From the sequence record NC_022096.1: DNA of 64,000 nucleotides; one strand, 5' to 3'. Shown one piece after another: positions 20,096 through 29,469 of this stretch. Each line of letters begins with the position of its first letter. Position 1 is the first letter of the stretch. The notes under the pieces are model-generated. The model did no database searches and was not told where the DNA came from. It saw only the letters and a program-made list of their open reading frames with translations. Both the position numbers and the translations under genes were made by a program.

Positions 20096-20376
20096 TCCGA
20101 CCCTCACATTCGACCATATCGCGTATCGTCATTCTTGCCCTTTTGGCTGCGGTAGCTTTCATCTTCGTGAAGTACAGCTCCCGTAGTGACAACCGCGAAG
20201 CAATCGTATACTCCTCCTTGCAGTGCGTTCAAAGCGTCTGCGTGGAGAACAAGGCTACCGGAGAGATTTGCTCCTACAGGGAGCCGAGAATTTCCGAGAT
20301 TCTTATTGAGACGGACAAAGACAACGCCAACGTCAGAAACATAAGAGTTATACCGAGCGATGACCGATGCCAATGA
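20092..20376 (+). CDS. Small single-pass membrane protein with four periplasmic Cys
   Basis: ATGA overlap; TM IVILALLAAVAFIFV; C..C...C...C. Confidence 0.55.
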   Translation: MIRPSHSTISRIVILALLAAVAFIFVKYSSRSDNREAIVYSSLQCVQSVCVENKATGEICSYREPRISEILIETDKDNANVRNIRVIPSDDRCQ

Positions 20377-20385
20377 GGCTGCTCA

Positions 20386-20937
20386 ATGGACTCCATAAAC
20401 ACCATTTTCAGTAGCCCGCTGCCTGTCGCAATTTCTGCTGTGATTGCGGTTGCGTGCCTAGCCGGCTACTGGTTCTTCGTTATCCCGCTGCTGGACGAGG
20501 TCAAAACTCTGCGTGAGACCAACTCCTCGATGCAGCAAAAGATGGGCGACGAATTTGAACTGCAAAAGGCGAACGTCCAACGCTTCATGCAAGAGTTGGC
20601 AGCCAGCCTGCAAAGTCAGCAAAACATCACCGAACTTGTCTCGACCGTAAGTTCCTTGAAGCTGGCGGTTGAACATCAAACAACCGCACTGAGTGGAAGC
20701 CTTGAACGCATGTTCGAGGACGTTCAGGAAGCATTAGAACGTCTCACCAGTGCCCTAAATCAAACGTCTGAGACCTCGACCCGTAAACACGATGAAATCC
20801 GGCGTGAAGTCGAACGCCTGGGTCGATTGCTTGAACAACTGACCCGCCAAGTTGCGGACATCAGTGACAAGCAGAGTCAAGTCGCTGGCGTGTTGACAGG
20901 TATGTCTATCGCTAAAAACATGAATCGAGGTCTGTAG
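20386..20937 (+). CDS. Membrane-anchored coiled-coil protein
   Basis: TM PVAISAVIAVACLAGYWFFVI followed by long heptad repeats. Confidence 0.6.
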   Translation: MDSINTIFSSPLPVAISAVIAVACLAGYWFFVIPLLDEVKTLRETNSSMQQKMGDEFELQKANVQRFMQELAASLQSQQNITELVSTVSSLKLAVEHQTTALSGSLERMFEDVQEALERLTSALNQTSETSTRKHDEIRREVERLGRLLEQLTRQVADISDKQSQVAGVLTGMSIAKNMNRGL

Positions 20938-20947
20938 GAATACCAAC

Positions 20948-21739
20948 ATGGCCTATGTGCTCAACAACATACGGTTTCGATCTGTCAGTTCAAAGGCGCT
21001 GGAGAGGTACTACAACTCCAAGTCGTTCATCCTGAATGTCCTGATCGACGAACAAAGACAGTTCAGCCAAGTAGCCCGCGAAATCCTGCTGCTGTTTTTC
21101 AACAGCTATTCGGACTGGGCTATCAAGGTGGAGAGCCTGTTGTTGAACCGAAGCGTTTTGGAGGAGACGGACCTCAAGATCATCTTCCAGCGCTTCGGTG
21201 AAGTAGTCGAATCCAACAAGAGCATTTTCACCATTCACGGTGACGTGTTTTTGCCGCAGTTCGTAGACGTTTGGGGTGCTGTGCATAAGCACGTGCCTCT
21301 GAACTTCAAGCGCAAGGTTCGGCAAACGGTGGGCCTCTCTCAGCTTGAGGCCTATCCGCTTATCATCGATGCGTTGGTCGATGCCCTTCAATCCACGCTG
21401 TACGAGCTGTACGAAGTGGACTGCCTTCTAGGGTCTAACCTGGTGGGCAACAAGATCAGCACCAACGCGTCCATGCAGGACAACCTGATCACGTACATTG
21501 ACGATGGTGACCTGGAATATTACCGAGCCACTGGGGTCTTCATCGCCAAAGAGAGAATCACTCACTACTTGGACACGGTAATCCTGCCGGACATCGTTGT
21601 CCCTGTGGTCGTGAAAAACTACACGGAAGAAAAAATTGCGTTGAAAAACGGCTTGGTAGTTGGGGATCAGCCATTCGCACGGCTGCTAACCGACATGTTA
21701 GAAAACCCCCGCATTAAAATCGTTGAGATCGCATCCTGA
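20948..21739 (+). CDS. Hypothetical protein
   Basis: 263 aa ORF with TAGGA SD, contiguous in the operon. Confidence 0.55.
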   Translation: MAYVLNNIRFRSVSSKALERYYNSKSFILNVLIDEQRQFSQVAREILLLFFNSYSDWAIKVESLLLNRSVLEETDLKIIFQRFGEVVESNKSIFTIHGDVFLPQFVDVWGAVHKHVPLNFKRKVRQTVGLSQLEAYPLIIDALVDALQSTLYELYEVDCLLGSNLVGNKISTNASMQDNLITYIDDGDLEYYRATGVFIAKERITHYLDTVILPDIVVPVVVKNYTEEKIALKNGLVVGDQPFARLLTDMLENPRIKIVEIAS

Positions 21740-21755
21740 TCCTGGAGTAATCAAC

Positions 21756-23438
21756 ATGCTCAAGAATGGCAACATCACGCTGGTTGGCGAGATTCGTGGC
21801 CTCAAGCCGCAGCGCCTGGCAGCAGACCCCACTGGTGGTGACCTCAAGGAAGGTCTGGTCTGGGTCAACACTACCGACAAAGCCCTGAAGTGGTACGACG
21901 GCACCCAGACCCTCACCATCGCCACTGGCGGCGCACTGGACGAATACCTGTCGCTGGCCGGCGGCACCATGACCGGCCCGCTGGTTCTCGCCGCAGACGC
22001 AGCCAACCCGCTCGAAGCTACTCCGCTGCAACAAGTCGAGTCGCTGGTGGGTGCGAAGCAGGACACCATCACCGGTGCTGCTACTACCATCACCAGCGCC
22101 GATCTGACCGTCAGTCGTGCCATCGTCTCCGACGAAAACGGCAAGGTCGCAGTATCCGCAGTCACTGCCGTCGAACTCGCCCACCTGAGCGGCGTGACCG
22201 ACAACGTGCAGACGCAGATCGACCTCAAGCAGGATGATCTGGGCTACGTTCCGGTGAACAAGGCTGGCGATGCGCTGACCGGTGACCTGAACTTCGGCGG
22301 CACCAGCACGCTGAAAAACCTGGCTGCACCTGTCGATCCGACCGATGCCGTGCGTCTCATCGACATCGACAACCTGAAAGCTGACCTCGACTTCCAGGCT
22401 GACGTGCTGGCTGTCCAGCTGGATGACACGCTGGTTCCGACCGAAGACCCGCTGCCGGATGCCCAGGTACGCTACATCGTCACTGACGCAGCCAACCTGA
22501 ACGTCGCGTTCGGTACTATCGCTGGCCTGGAAGATGGCGACATCATCCAGAAGTCCGGTGCGGACTTCGTGGTTGCCTATGATGTGTCCGTCAAAGGTCC
22601 GGGCGCTCTTGTCTGGGATCGTGGCGTCGGCAAGTTCATGAAGTACGACGGCACCAACTGGACCGAACACGGCGGCCTGAGCGGCGTTACCGTATCGGCC
22701 GGTCTGCTCAAAGAAGGCAACACCATCAGCGTCAAGTTCGGTGCCGGTGTCGCCAACCTGCCGACTGGCGAAGTGGGTATCGATGTTCGTCCAGACAAAG
22801 GTCTGGAACTCGTCGATCCGACCACTGGTGACGCTTCGACTGCCAGTGACGCCGTACTGGGCGTTAAAGTCGGTGCTTCCCTCGATGTCGGTGCCGGTGG
22901 CATCATCGTCAAGGCTGCCGGCGTGAACGAAACCCATCTGGCGACCAGCGTTGCCGGTCAGGGCCTCGAAGGCGGTGAAGGTACTGCGCTGACCGTCAAG
23001 CTCGACGGCACCACTCTCGTCAAGTCTGCAAACGGCCTGGCTCTGGGTGACATCAGCGCTACCTACCTGAAGCTCGACACTGCGTCGACCATCACCGCTC
23101 AAGTGGCGGTCCCGGCTCCGACTGCTGACGCCAGCATCGCCAACAAGCTGTACGCTGACCAAGGCGACCAGGCGAACGCGGATGCAATCGGCGACCTGTC
23201 GACCCGCGTCGATGCCAACCAGTTCGTGTTCGATGGCACTGCCGGTGTTGCTCAAGACACCTACAGCATCAACCACAACCTGGGCAACAAGTACGCCGTA
23301 GTCGCTGTGTACGACGAAAGCGATGCTCAAATCCTGCCGGACACCGTCACGCTGACCGACGCCAACAACCTGACTGTCACTCTGGCGACTGCGCAGAAAG
23401 TGCGCGTCGTGATCAACGGGAAGAAGGCAGCCGCGTAA
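21756..23438 (+). CDS. Probable abundant virion fibre/structural protein
   Basis: GGAG SD to ATG 21756; LSLAGGTMTGPL and P...TDA fibre motifs; strong codon bias; C-terminal YSINHNL domain. Confidence 0.7.
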   Translation: MLKNGNITLVGEIRGLKPQRLAADPTGGDLKEGLVWVNTTDKALKWYDGTQTLTIATGGALDEYLSLAGGTMTGPLVLAADAANPLEATPLQQVESLVGAKQDTITGAATTITSADLTVSRAIVSDENGKVAVSAVTAVELAHLSGVTDNVQTQIDLKQDDLGYVPVNKAGDALTGDLNFGGTSTLKNLAAPVDPTDAVRLIDIDNLKADLDFQADVLAVQLDDTLVPTEDPLPDAQVRYIVTDAANLNVAFGTIAGLEDGDIIQKSGADFVVAYDVSVKGPGALVWDRGVGKFMKYDGTNWTEHGGLSGVTVSAGLLKEGNTISVKFGAGVANLPTGEVGIDVRPDKGLELVDPTTGDASTASDAVLGVKVGASLDVGAGGIIVKAAGVNETHLATSVAGQGLEGGEGTALTVKLDGTTLVKSANGLALGDISATYLKLDTASTITAQVAVPAPTADASIANKLYADQGDQANADAIGDLSTRVDANQFVFDGTAGVAQDTYSINHNLGNKYAVVAVYDESDAQILPDTVTLTDANNLTVTLATAQKVRVVINGKKAAA

Positions 23439-23454
23439 ACCCAAGGGGGCCTAA

Positions 23455-24054
23455 ATGCAAATCAACGGCAGCCTCGATCTGATGGGCAATGTCCTGAAGA
23501 ACGTAGCCCTGGAGCCCGTTGAATCTTGGCCGCTTGAACCAAAGCCGGGTACCTTCATCTTCAAAGGCAAGCGTATCTACATTTGCCTAGAAATCAATGA
23601 TGGTGTCCCGGTCTGGTTGCCGATGAGCACTGAACTGCACACCCACGTACACGACCAATTCATTGCGTCGTCTACGTGGGAAATCGACCATAGCCTGCAA
23701 ACCGCTGGCTGTATCGTGCAGGTGCTCAGTGGCGATAACAAAGCGATTGAGTTCGACGAGGTTGACTTCACCTTCAACCACGCCACAATTCACTTTGCCG
23801 AGCCGCAAGCTGGTCGTGCAATTCTCATCATGGGCTCCACTGAAGGTCTTCCACGACCAACAGTCGCCTTCGAGCAGACGTTCACTGATCAACAGGTGTG
23901 GGTAATCAACCACATGCTGGGCTACCCGCCAATCGTGCGCTGCTTCGTCGGTAATCTGGAGATTCAACCCTCCAGCTTGGTACATGACGAGAACTTCACC
24001 CAGAGTATCGCCTCTTTCAGTAGTCCGATTTCGGGCAGGGTGCGGTGCGTATGA
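23455..24054 (+). CDS. Structural protein with two WxIxH domains
   Basis: WEIDHSL... and WVINHML... repeats. Confidence 0.6.
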   Translation: MQINGSLDLMGNVLKNVALEPVESWPLEPKPGTFIFKGKRIYICLEINDGVPVWLPMSTELHTHVHDQFIASSTWEIDHSLQTAGCIVQVLSGDNKAIEFDEVDFTFNHATIHFAEPQAGRAILIMGSTEGLPRPTVAFEQTFTDQQVWVINHMLGYPPIVRCFVGNLEIQPSSLVHDENFTQSIASFSSPISGRVRCV

Positions 24055-24263
24055 CGAATCGGCATGAGCACGATCAACCCATTCCTTCTCAGGTTTGGGA
24101 AGTTCACCACAACCTCTTCACTCGGGCACCTGTCGTTGACGCTTGGGTTGAGATTGAAGGCCAGATGCAAAAGATTCAGCCAATGGCTGTAAAGGTCATC
24201 GATCAAAACCAGTGCAACATCGAGTGGTCCGTGCCAAGAGCCGGTAAAGCAGGAGTCGCCTGA
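24051..24263 (+). CDS. Stand-alone WxIxHNL domain protein (70 aa)
   Basis: ATGA overlap; WEVHHNLFTRAPVVDAW. Confidence 0.65.
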   Translation: MTNRHEHDQPIPSQVWEVHHNLFTRAPVVDAWVEIEGQMQKIQPMAVKVIDQNQCNIEWSVPRAGKAGVA

Positions 24264-24823
24264 TGCTTACTGATGGACTTACTCTGGCCGCTGGCTCTGG
24301 GTTGGGCATCAAGATGCTCGACGACGCCCGCCGCGGCCCAGCTTTTCCCGCAGGTGCAAACGGTGACCTGTGGGAACTCACGCAACAATCTGGAAACGAC
24401 GGCCCTGGGATTTACGAGTTCTTCAACGGCTCGTGGATTCTTCGCAATCCTGCGTTCAGTGCGCTGTCGTATGATCTGTCGGGTACCGTCCTCGGACGTC
24501 CCGATCCCGGCGCGAAAGTGCTGTACTCCGTAGCAGCTCGGACGTTCTATATCCAAGCTGCGATGGCAGGCGCAGTGGCTCACGCATTGCAACCGAGCAG
24601 CACAGAGCAGGTGTACACCGTGCTCGTTACTCGGGGGCTGGAAACCATCGCCATAGGTTCGTTTACGTTCTCTCAAGGCGCCGAAGCAGGAGTGTTCACC
24701 CCGGCAAGTTCGGAACCCATCCGAATCCAACGTGGTGACGTTATTCTGGTCACGGCACCTGATGTAATCGATCAAAACCTGGCGGACATTTCGTTCACCT
24801 TGTGTGGATACCTCTCAGTCTAA
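24263..24823 (+). CDS. Virion structural protein
   Basis: TGATG coupling; beta-rich C-terminus (IGSFTFSQGAEAGVF...RGDVILVTAP). Confidence 0.55.
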   Translation: MLTDGLTLAAGSGLGIKMLDDARRGPAFPAGANGDLWELTQQSGNDGPGIYEFFNGSWILRNPAFSALSYDLSGTVLGRPDPGAKVLYSVAARTFYIQAAMAGAVAHALQPSSTEQVYTVLVTRGLETIAIGSFTFSQGAEAGVFTPASSEPIRIQRGDVILVTAPDVIDQNLADISFTLCGYLSV

Positions 24824-24835
24824 CGGAGACTTCTT

Positions 24836-25828
24836 ATGGCTGGTAAAATGATCAAGCGTACCAAACTCGCAGGTCTGGGCGCTGTCGCAACTCAACTGTT
24901 CCTCGACCTGAAAGAAGCTGGCCTGACTCAAGTCCTGCCTGCGACTGGTCAAAACTTCACGCTGGCTTCCGGTGCCGGCAAGTTCGTCATGGACTCCTCG
25001 CTGACCGTCAACCCGAAGCACGCTACCCAACCGTGGCGTATGCTGGTCGACGTGAGCGGCGCCACTGGCGGTGCTGGTCAAATCAAGATCGCCTTCGCCA
25101 ACCCGGAGCAGATCAGCAATGCCGGTGCTACCTCGTCCTTCCCTGGCAGCGTCGATACCAACGGTGCTCGCATCATGGGGCAACTGGGTGCTGCCTGGAA
25201 CAAAGCATCCAGCTCGGCACTGGGCGATGTGTTCGTCAACCGCAGCATCGCCAACCAGACCTTCGACGCCGGTACCACGATCAGCTACGTGCTGACTGCC
25301 ACCGAACGCGGTATCGCCTTCTTCATCTGGGACGAAGCCAGCGATGCCTCTCCGAAGTTCTCGTGGTTCCTGGTGCAGAGCGCTGTCAACAAGGACACCG
25401 GCGCTCCGCGCGTCGATGAACTGAGCCCGATCTTCTGCGTCTACTCCTGCGACGCGCAACAGCCGCAGAAGTTCGTGATCAGCGAATCCGACATCTTCCG
25501 TCCGACCGTATCCAAGCCGGCCGACGAAGACAGCATCGACAGCGCTGCGATCCTGAACTCCAAGCAGCAGGTCGCCATCGCCATCGGCAACAAGTACCTG
25601 GTGACCTTCCCGAATCGTCTGAACACGGATCGTTACGCCTACACCGACGAGCTGGACATGATCGCCTACACCAGCGCCGACGTTATCTCGGAAGACTCCG
25701 AAATCCCGGTGCGTCCGTACGGTGAGTCCGTGGATCGCGTGTACCGCGCGTTCAAGGCCAACGGCGCCAACAACACCGGTATGCGTCTGCTGATGCTCGT
25801 AGAAGGCGGCGGCATCGACGCGGTCTAA
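24836..25828 (+). CDS. Probable abundant virion structural protein
   Basis: 330 aa, strongly biased codons, followed by a strong terminator. Confidence 0.6.
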   Translation: MAGKMIKRTKLAGLGAVATQLFLDLKEAGLTQVLPATGQNFTLASGAGKFVMDSSLTVNPKHATQPWRMLVDVSGATGGAGQIKIAFANPEQISNAGATSSFPGSVDTNGARIMGQLGAAWNKASSSALGDVFVNRSIANQTFDAGTTISYVLTATERGIAFFIWDEASDASPKFSWFLVQSAVNKDTGAPRVDELSPIFCVYSCDAQQPQKFVISESDIFRPTVSKPADEDSIDSAAILNSKQQVAIAIGNKYLVTFPNRLNTDRYAYTDELDMIAYTSADVISEDSEIPVRPYGESVDRVYRAFKANGANNTGMRLLMLVEGGGIDAV

Positions 25829-25842
25829 GACCGGGTAACTCC

Positions 25843-25878
25843 AAAAGGGGCTAAGGTCTAGGACTTTAGTCCCTTTTT
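25843..25878 (+). terminator. Intrinsic (possibly bidirectional) terminator
   Basis: AAAA-GGGGCTAAGGTC-TAG-GACTTTAGTCCC-TTTTT, 12 bp stem with 2 G-U pairs. Confidence 0.85.
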
Positions 25879-25896
25879 CGTTTCTGGAGCCACGAT

Positions 25897-28869
25897 ATGT
25901 ACATTCCTGTAAGTCTTGCGAATGGTGCAACCTTCGTAGATTGCGTGGTCGATGTGAGCGGTACCCTTGTGGCTGCGTGTGCTGTTCGGTACGAAGGCCA
26001 AGATTACGCTCCTGGTGTGGAAATTCAGGTAGAGCGTACAAAGACTGTACGCTTGAGTACGACCGTATCGGCGTATGCTGAAATCTCCGTGATGCTCGCA
26101 GGCAAGCAGCATTACTGGTATGTCGATCTGCCGAAGAGCCTTCGCTACGTTGCCGCAAACGAGTATAAGTCGGTAACGGGCACAACCTACGGTAGCCTGC
26201 TGAACACTCAGACCCAAACGTCCCGCGCTTTTACACCCACTGGAACATTCACTGGCGGTGATGCAGTTGCCGCCATCGACTTCGTTAAGAAGGACATCTG
26301 GTTCTTCAACACCAGCAATGAAGTCAAGAAACTCACCATTGCAACGCAGCCCATTGCTGTGCTGTTCGTTCCGCGCTGGAGCGCCGTCGATGGCGTTACC
26401 ACAACCTGCTATATCGCCACAGCATCGCAACTGCTTCGTTTGGACGCCAGCTTCAACGTGGCGGAGACCTTCGAAGTTGAAGCTGGCGTGGTTGCTGCGT
26501 CCGGCGACGTTGACGGCAACATCGTTCTCGCGTATGCCGACAAGCTGGTTCGCTGGAAGGACAACGCGGTACTTGCCACGATCGTCGCACCCAACCTGAG
26601 CGCCGTGCATTCGCTGTTCGTAACGCCTGCCAACGACTACGTGGTCGGGTGTGCTGCCGGGCTGACTATCAGCAAGTTCGAGGGCGGTAGCTGGGTTACG
26701 ACCACGATCAACACTTATACGGGCCGCTACTGGGCCTTTGACATCAACGATACCTTCCTGTATGCGGTTGATGCAGGTAACCGACTGGTCGCCAAGATTT
26801 CTCTTGCCGACTATGCGTACACGCCCGTGTATTTCGACAAGGTACCACGAGACGTTGTTGTCAACGGTGACGATGTTTACGTGTCTTTCTTGAACGATGC
26901 AACGGCCAAGCGCTTCGACAAGGAACTGACCACAAGCCAAGACGTAACCGCCCTCAAGAGTTTTGGTGCAGCGTTCCTCGGTGCCTATCTGGTGACCGAC
27001 CTGTACTCGAACGCGGCGGACGTCACGCTTGCAGAGCCTGCTGTAACAGCAGCCGTGAACCTCGTGGACAATATGCCACGATCGGAAGAAGTCGAACATC
27101 AGTGGACCGTTGACTGGGTACGCCCGGAGTTCGTTCGTCTGGGTACTACCGATGTCGTGATGCGCGTCAACGGCACGCCGTTCACGTCAGGTTATCTGCG
27201 GTCCGGTGACCTGGTCACGTTCACGATTCCCGCGACCAGTGAATGGTACTTCGATCGGAACGTGTCGCTCATCGGGCGCCGTGCTGTTACGTTCCGCTTC
27301 CGCACTGTACCTAAGTTGTACCCGGATACGGTGACCTTGCCACAGGTCCTCGAGGCCTTCCTGAAGGTAGAGTATTTGGAGAGCTTTGTCGTCGCTGGTA
27401 TGACGTACGGGTTCACTACTACTGTGAGCACAGGCTCTCCAGAGCTCCTGTTCTCTGTCAATGGCGGTGCTTTCGGGACCACAGGTACCATCAAGAACGA
27501 CGACGTTGTGGACGTGTCCGTGCGTATCACCTCGTTGATTTCGCAACGTACCGCACACGACATCCTCGTGGATGATGCCGAGCAGCACGTGGCGTCTACC
27601 TGGACGGTACTCCCGATGACGCTCAACGGCGTCACGAAGCGCAACACTTCGGAAGTATTGAAGCCTCGCTTCGGTGAGCTGCACGTTCAGTCTGCAATCG
27701 AGACGCTCGACCCGTTCACACCCACGCTGTCTCCGTATGTCACCGTCGGGTACGATTCTGCCCAGTGGGAATTGGCAACTGACCGTGAAGCGTTCACGAC
27801 TCAGTACGGCTGCACCAAACACAGCCAAGCGACAGTCGGAATCAGCGACGTGGCTCAATGGCTCATCAACTCCAAAGAGGTCAGCTTCGCCAAAGCCTCG
27901 CAGGGCCTGCACGTCCGCTACTCCCACGTCGTCAGTACAGACGCCGCCTACAGTGTAAATGCAAGTGCAGTGACCTTCCCCGGTGACACCGAAGTTGCAT
28001 TGGTCGAGGCAGGCACTGTGGTGCATGCAAATGGGGTATACGCCATCGCTGCACAGTTCGCAGGCGCTGAGTTGTCTGCGGTGTACGCCATTGCTGCCCA
28101 GCATGCCTTTGCCGAACTCTCGGCAGAGTATTCTCTGGTGCCTGATGTGGTACGTCTGGAGATTGAGGCTGACTATGCGCGCGTCCCTGGCTATACTCGC
28201 ATTGGTGTTGATGCTGATTGGGTTAGACCTTTGGGTGCTGAGCGCTACCTGACGTCAGCCGTCTACCAAGTGTTTGAATCTGGCGAGCGCGCTCCAGTGC
28301 AAGCCGCTTACGAGCTTGGTGTCAAAGGCAAGCGTGCAGTGTTCGAGGCCCAGCCTTCGCTGTCGTGGCGTTATCCGATGTCGGAAATCGAAACCCAGAT
28401 GCTGCGTCGTGTGTCCAACGGCACCTACGTCATCGCTGGGCAGTACGATGTGCGCGAAGCAACAAACGTGCTGGAGTTTTCCGCGTCTGTGGTGTTGCGT
28501 CCGTCGGTTGAACTCTACGGCATGCACACTGTCTTCGAGCGACGTTCCAGCAACACTCGCTTTGAAGTGCAGCAGAATGTCGAGCGCCGCACCAGCAACA
28601 CCATGTTGGTCGATCGCCCGGTTGTGGAGTTTATCCACTCTCAGCGCATCGGATACGCGCTTTCGGAAGACGCCAGTGCATTCTTCACGTCGCAAGAAGA
28701 CGCGGAAGCCTATGCAGCGAGCATCAACCTGAGCGCCGGTGTTGTGTACAAGCAGATCAACGGAAAGTGGGTGTTCACGCTGACGCCGACCTCTTCCTCC
28801 GCTTCGTGTCCGCTTGGTGAACTGCCACCTGCGGCTTCGCGGCGCTTCGGTTACGTTGGAGGTGGTTAA
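25897..28869 (+). CDS. Large tail/virion protein (N-terminal propeller-like region, beta-sandwich repeats)
   Basis: 990 aa beta-rich ORF; GGAG SD. Confidence 0.6.
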   Translation: MYIPVSLANGATFVDCVVDVSGTLVAACAVRYEGQDYAPGVEIQVERTKTVRLSTTVSAYAEISVMLAGKQHYWYVDLPKSLRYVAANEYKSVTGTTYGSLLNTQTQTSRAFTPTGTFTGGDAVAAIDFVKKDIWFFNTSNEVKKLTIATQPIAVLFVPRWSAVDGVTTTCYIATASQLLRLDASFNVAETFEVEAGVVAASGDVDGNIVLAYADKLVRWKDNAVLATIVAPNLSAVHSLFVTPANDYVVGCAAGLTISKFEGGSWVTTTINTYTGRYWAFDINDTFLYAVDAGNRLVAKISLADYAYTPVYFDKVPRDVVVNGDDVYVSFLNDATAKRFDKELTTSQDVTALKSFGAAFLGAYLVTDLYSNAADVTLAEPAVTAAVNLVDNMPRSEEVEHQWTVDWVRPEFVRLGTTDVVMRVNGTPFTSGYLRSGDLVTFTIPATSEWYFDRNVSLIGRRAVTFRFRTVPKLYPDTVTLPQVLEAFLKVEYLESFVVAGMTYGFTTTVSTGSPELLFSVNGGAFGTTGTIKNDDVVDVSVRITSLISQRTAHDILVDDAEQHVASTWTVLPMTLNGVTKRNTSEVLKPRFGELHVQSAIETLDPFTPTLSPYVTVGYDSAQWELATDREAFTTQYGCTKHSQATVGISDVAQWLINSKEVSFAKASQGLHVRYSHVVSTDAAYSVNASAVTFPGDTEVALVEAGTVVHANGVYAIAAQFAGAELSAVYAIAAQHAFAELSAEYSLVPDVVRLEIEADYARVPGYTRIGVDADWVRPLGAERYLTSAVYQVFESGERAPVQAAYELGVKGKRAVFEAQPSLSWRYPMSEIETQMLRRVSNGTYVIAGQYDVREATNVLEFSASVVLRPSVELYGMHTVFERRSSNTRFEVQQNVERRTSNTMLVDRPVVEFIHSQRIGYALSEDASAFFTSQEDAEAYAASINLSAGVVYKQINGKWVFTLTPTSSSASCPLGELPPAASRRFGYVGGG

Positions 28870-29396
28870 TGCTTAGTTCCGAGGTGTTTCGTTTTGCCAA
28901 GCCCGGAATCGCCGTGCTGACAGGTGTGGTCAAGGCCGCATCTGTCGGTGTGACGAATACCCCGTTCGTTGACTCGATTGCTATGGTGCCTAAAAACCGT
29001 GCCTTGTTCGATGTCATCGCTGCTGATGGCCGCGTGCTCAACCGTGCAGAAGGGTTCGAGCCTGACTACTGGTTCGATAATGGCAACCTTGTTGTGCGTC
29101 AAGCAGGTAGCTATACACTGCGCGAGTACGACAAGATCGGTCCTTTCGAGGATGCCGTTGTCAAGCCAGGTAGAAACTTCGTGCTGTCCGATGGCGGCGC
29201 CTTTCGTGTAGGCGTACCGTTCTGGCCGCAGGTGCTGTCTCAGCCTGAGAATGGCGTAGCGCGAGTTTCCAATGACGGAAAGAGCCTGGCGTATGTCTCG
29301 CAGGGTTTCCGAGGTCAAGCCTCGTTTGCGTATCGCATGGTCAACGCTTACGGTCAAGTGAGTGAGCCTGCGTGCGCGTACATCACAGCAATATAA
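28869..29396 (+). CDS. Virion protein with C-terminal cadherin/Ig-like segment
   Basis: TAATG coupling; LSQPENGVARV..DGKSLAY...GQASFAYRM. Confidence 0.55.
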   Translation: MLSSEVFRFAKPGIAVLTGVVKAASVGVTNTPFVDSIAMVPKNRALFDVIAADGRVLNRAEGFEPDYWFDNGNLVVRQAGSYTLREYDKIGPFEDAVVKPGRNFVLSDGGAFRVGVPFWPQVLSQPENGVARVSNDGKSLAYVSQGFRGQASFAYRMVNAYGQVSEPACAYITAI

Positions 29397-29403
29397 ACGC
29401 AAC

Positions 29404-29435
29404 AGGCTGTGGAGCTGAGGCTCTACGGCCTTTTT
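29404..29435 (+). terminator. Intrinsic terminator
   Basis: AGGCTGTGGAGC-TGAG-GCTCTACGGCCT-TTTT. Confidence 0.8.
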
Positions 29436-29469
29436 GCGTATCTATGCCAACATTTTTACGGGGAATCAT

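Noticed and set aside
4653-27099. Long opposite-strand ORFs (690 aa at 4653-6725, 583 aa at 14566-16317, 576 aa at 21714-23444, 456 aa at 24815-26185, 413 aa at 25858-27099)
   Set aside because: Stop-free shadows expected from GC-rich codon bias of real plus-strand genes; no motifs or SD.
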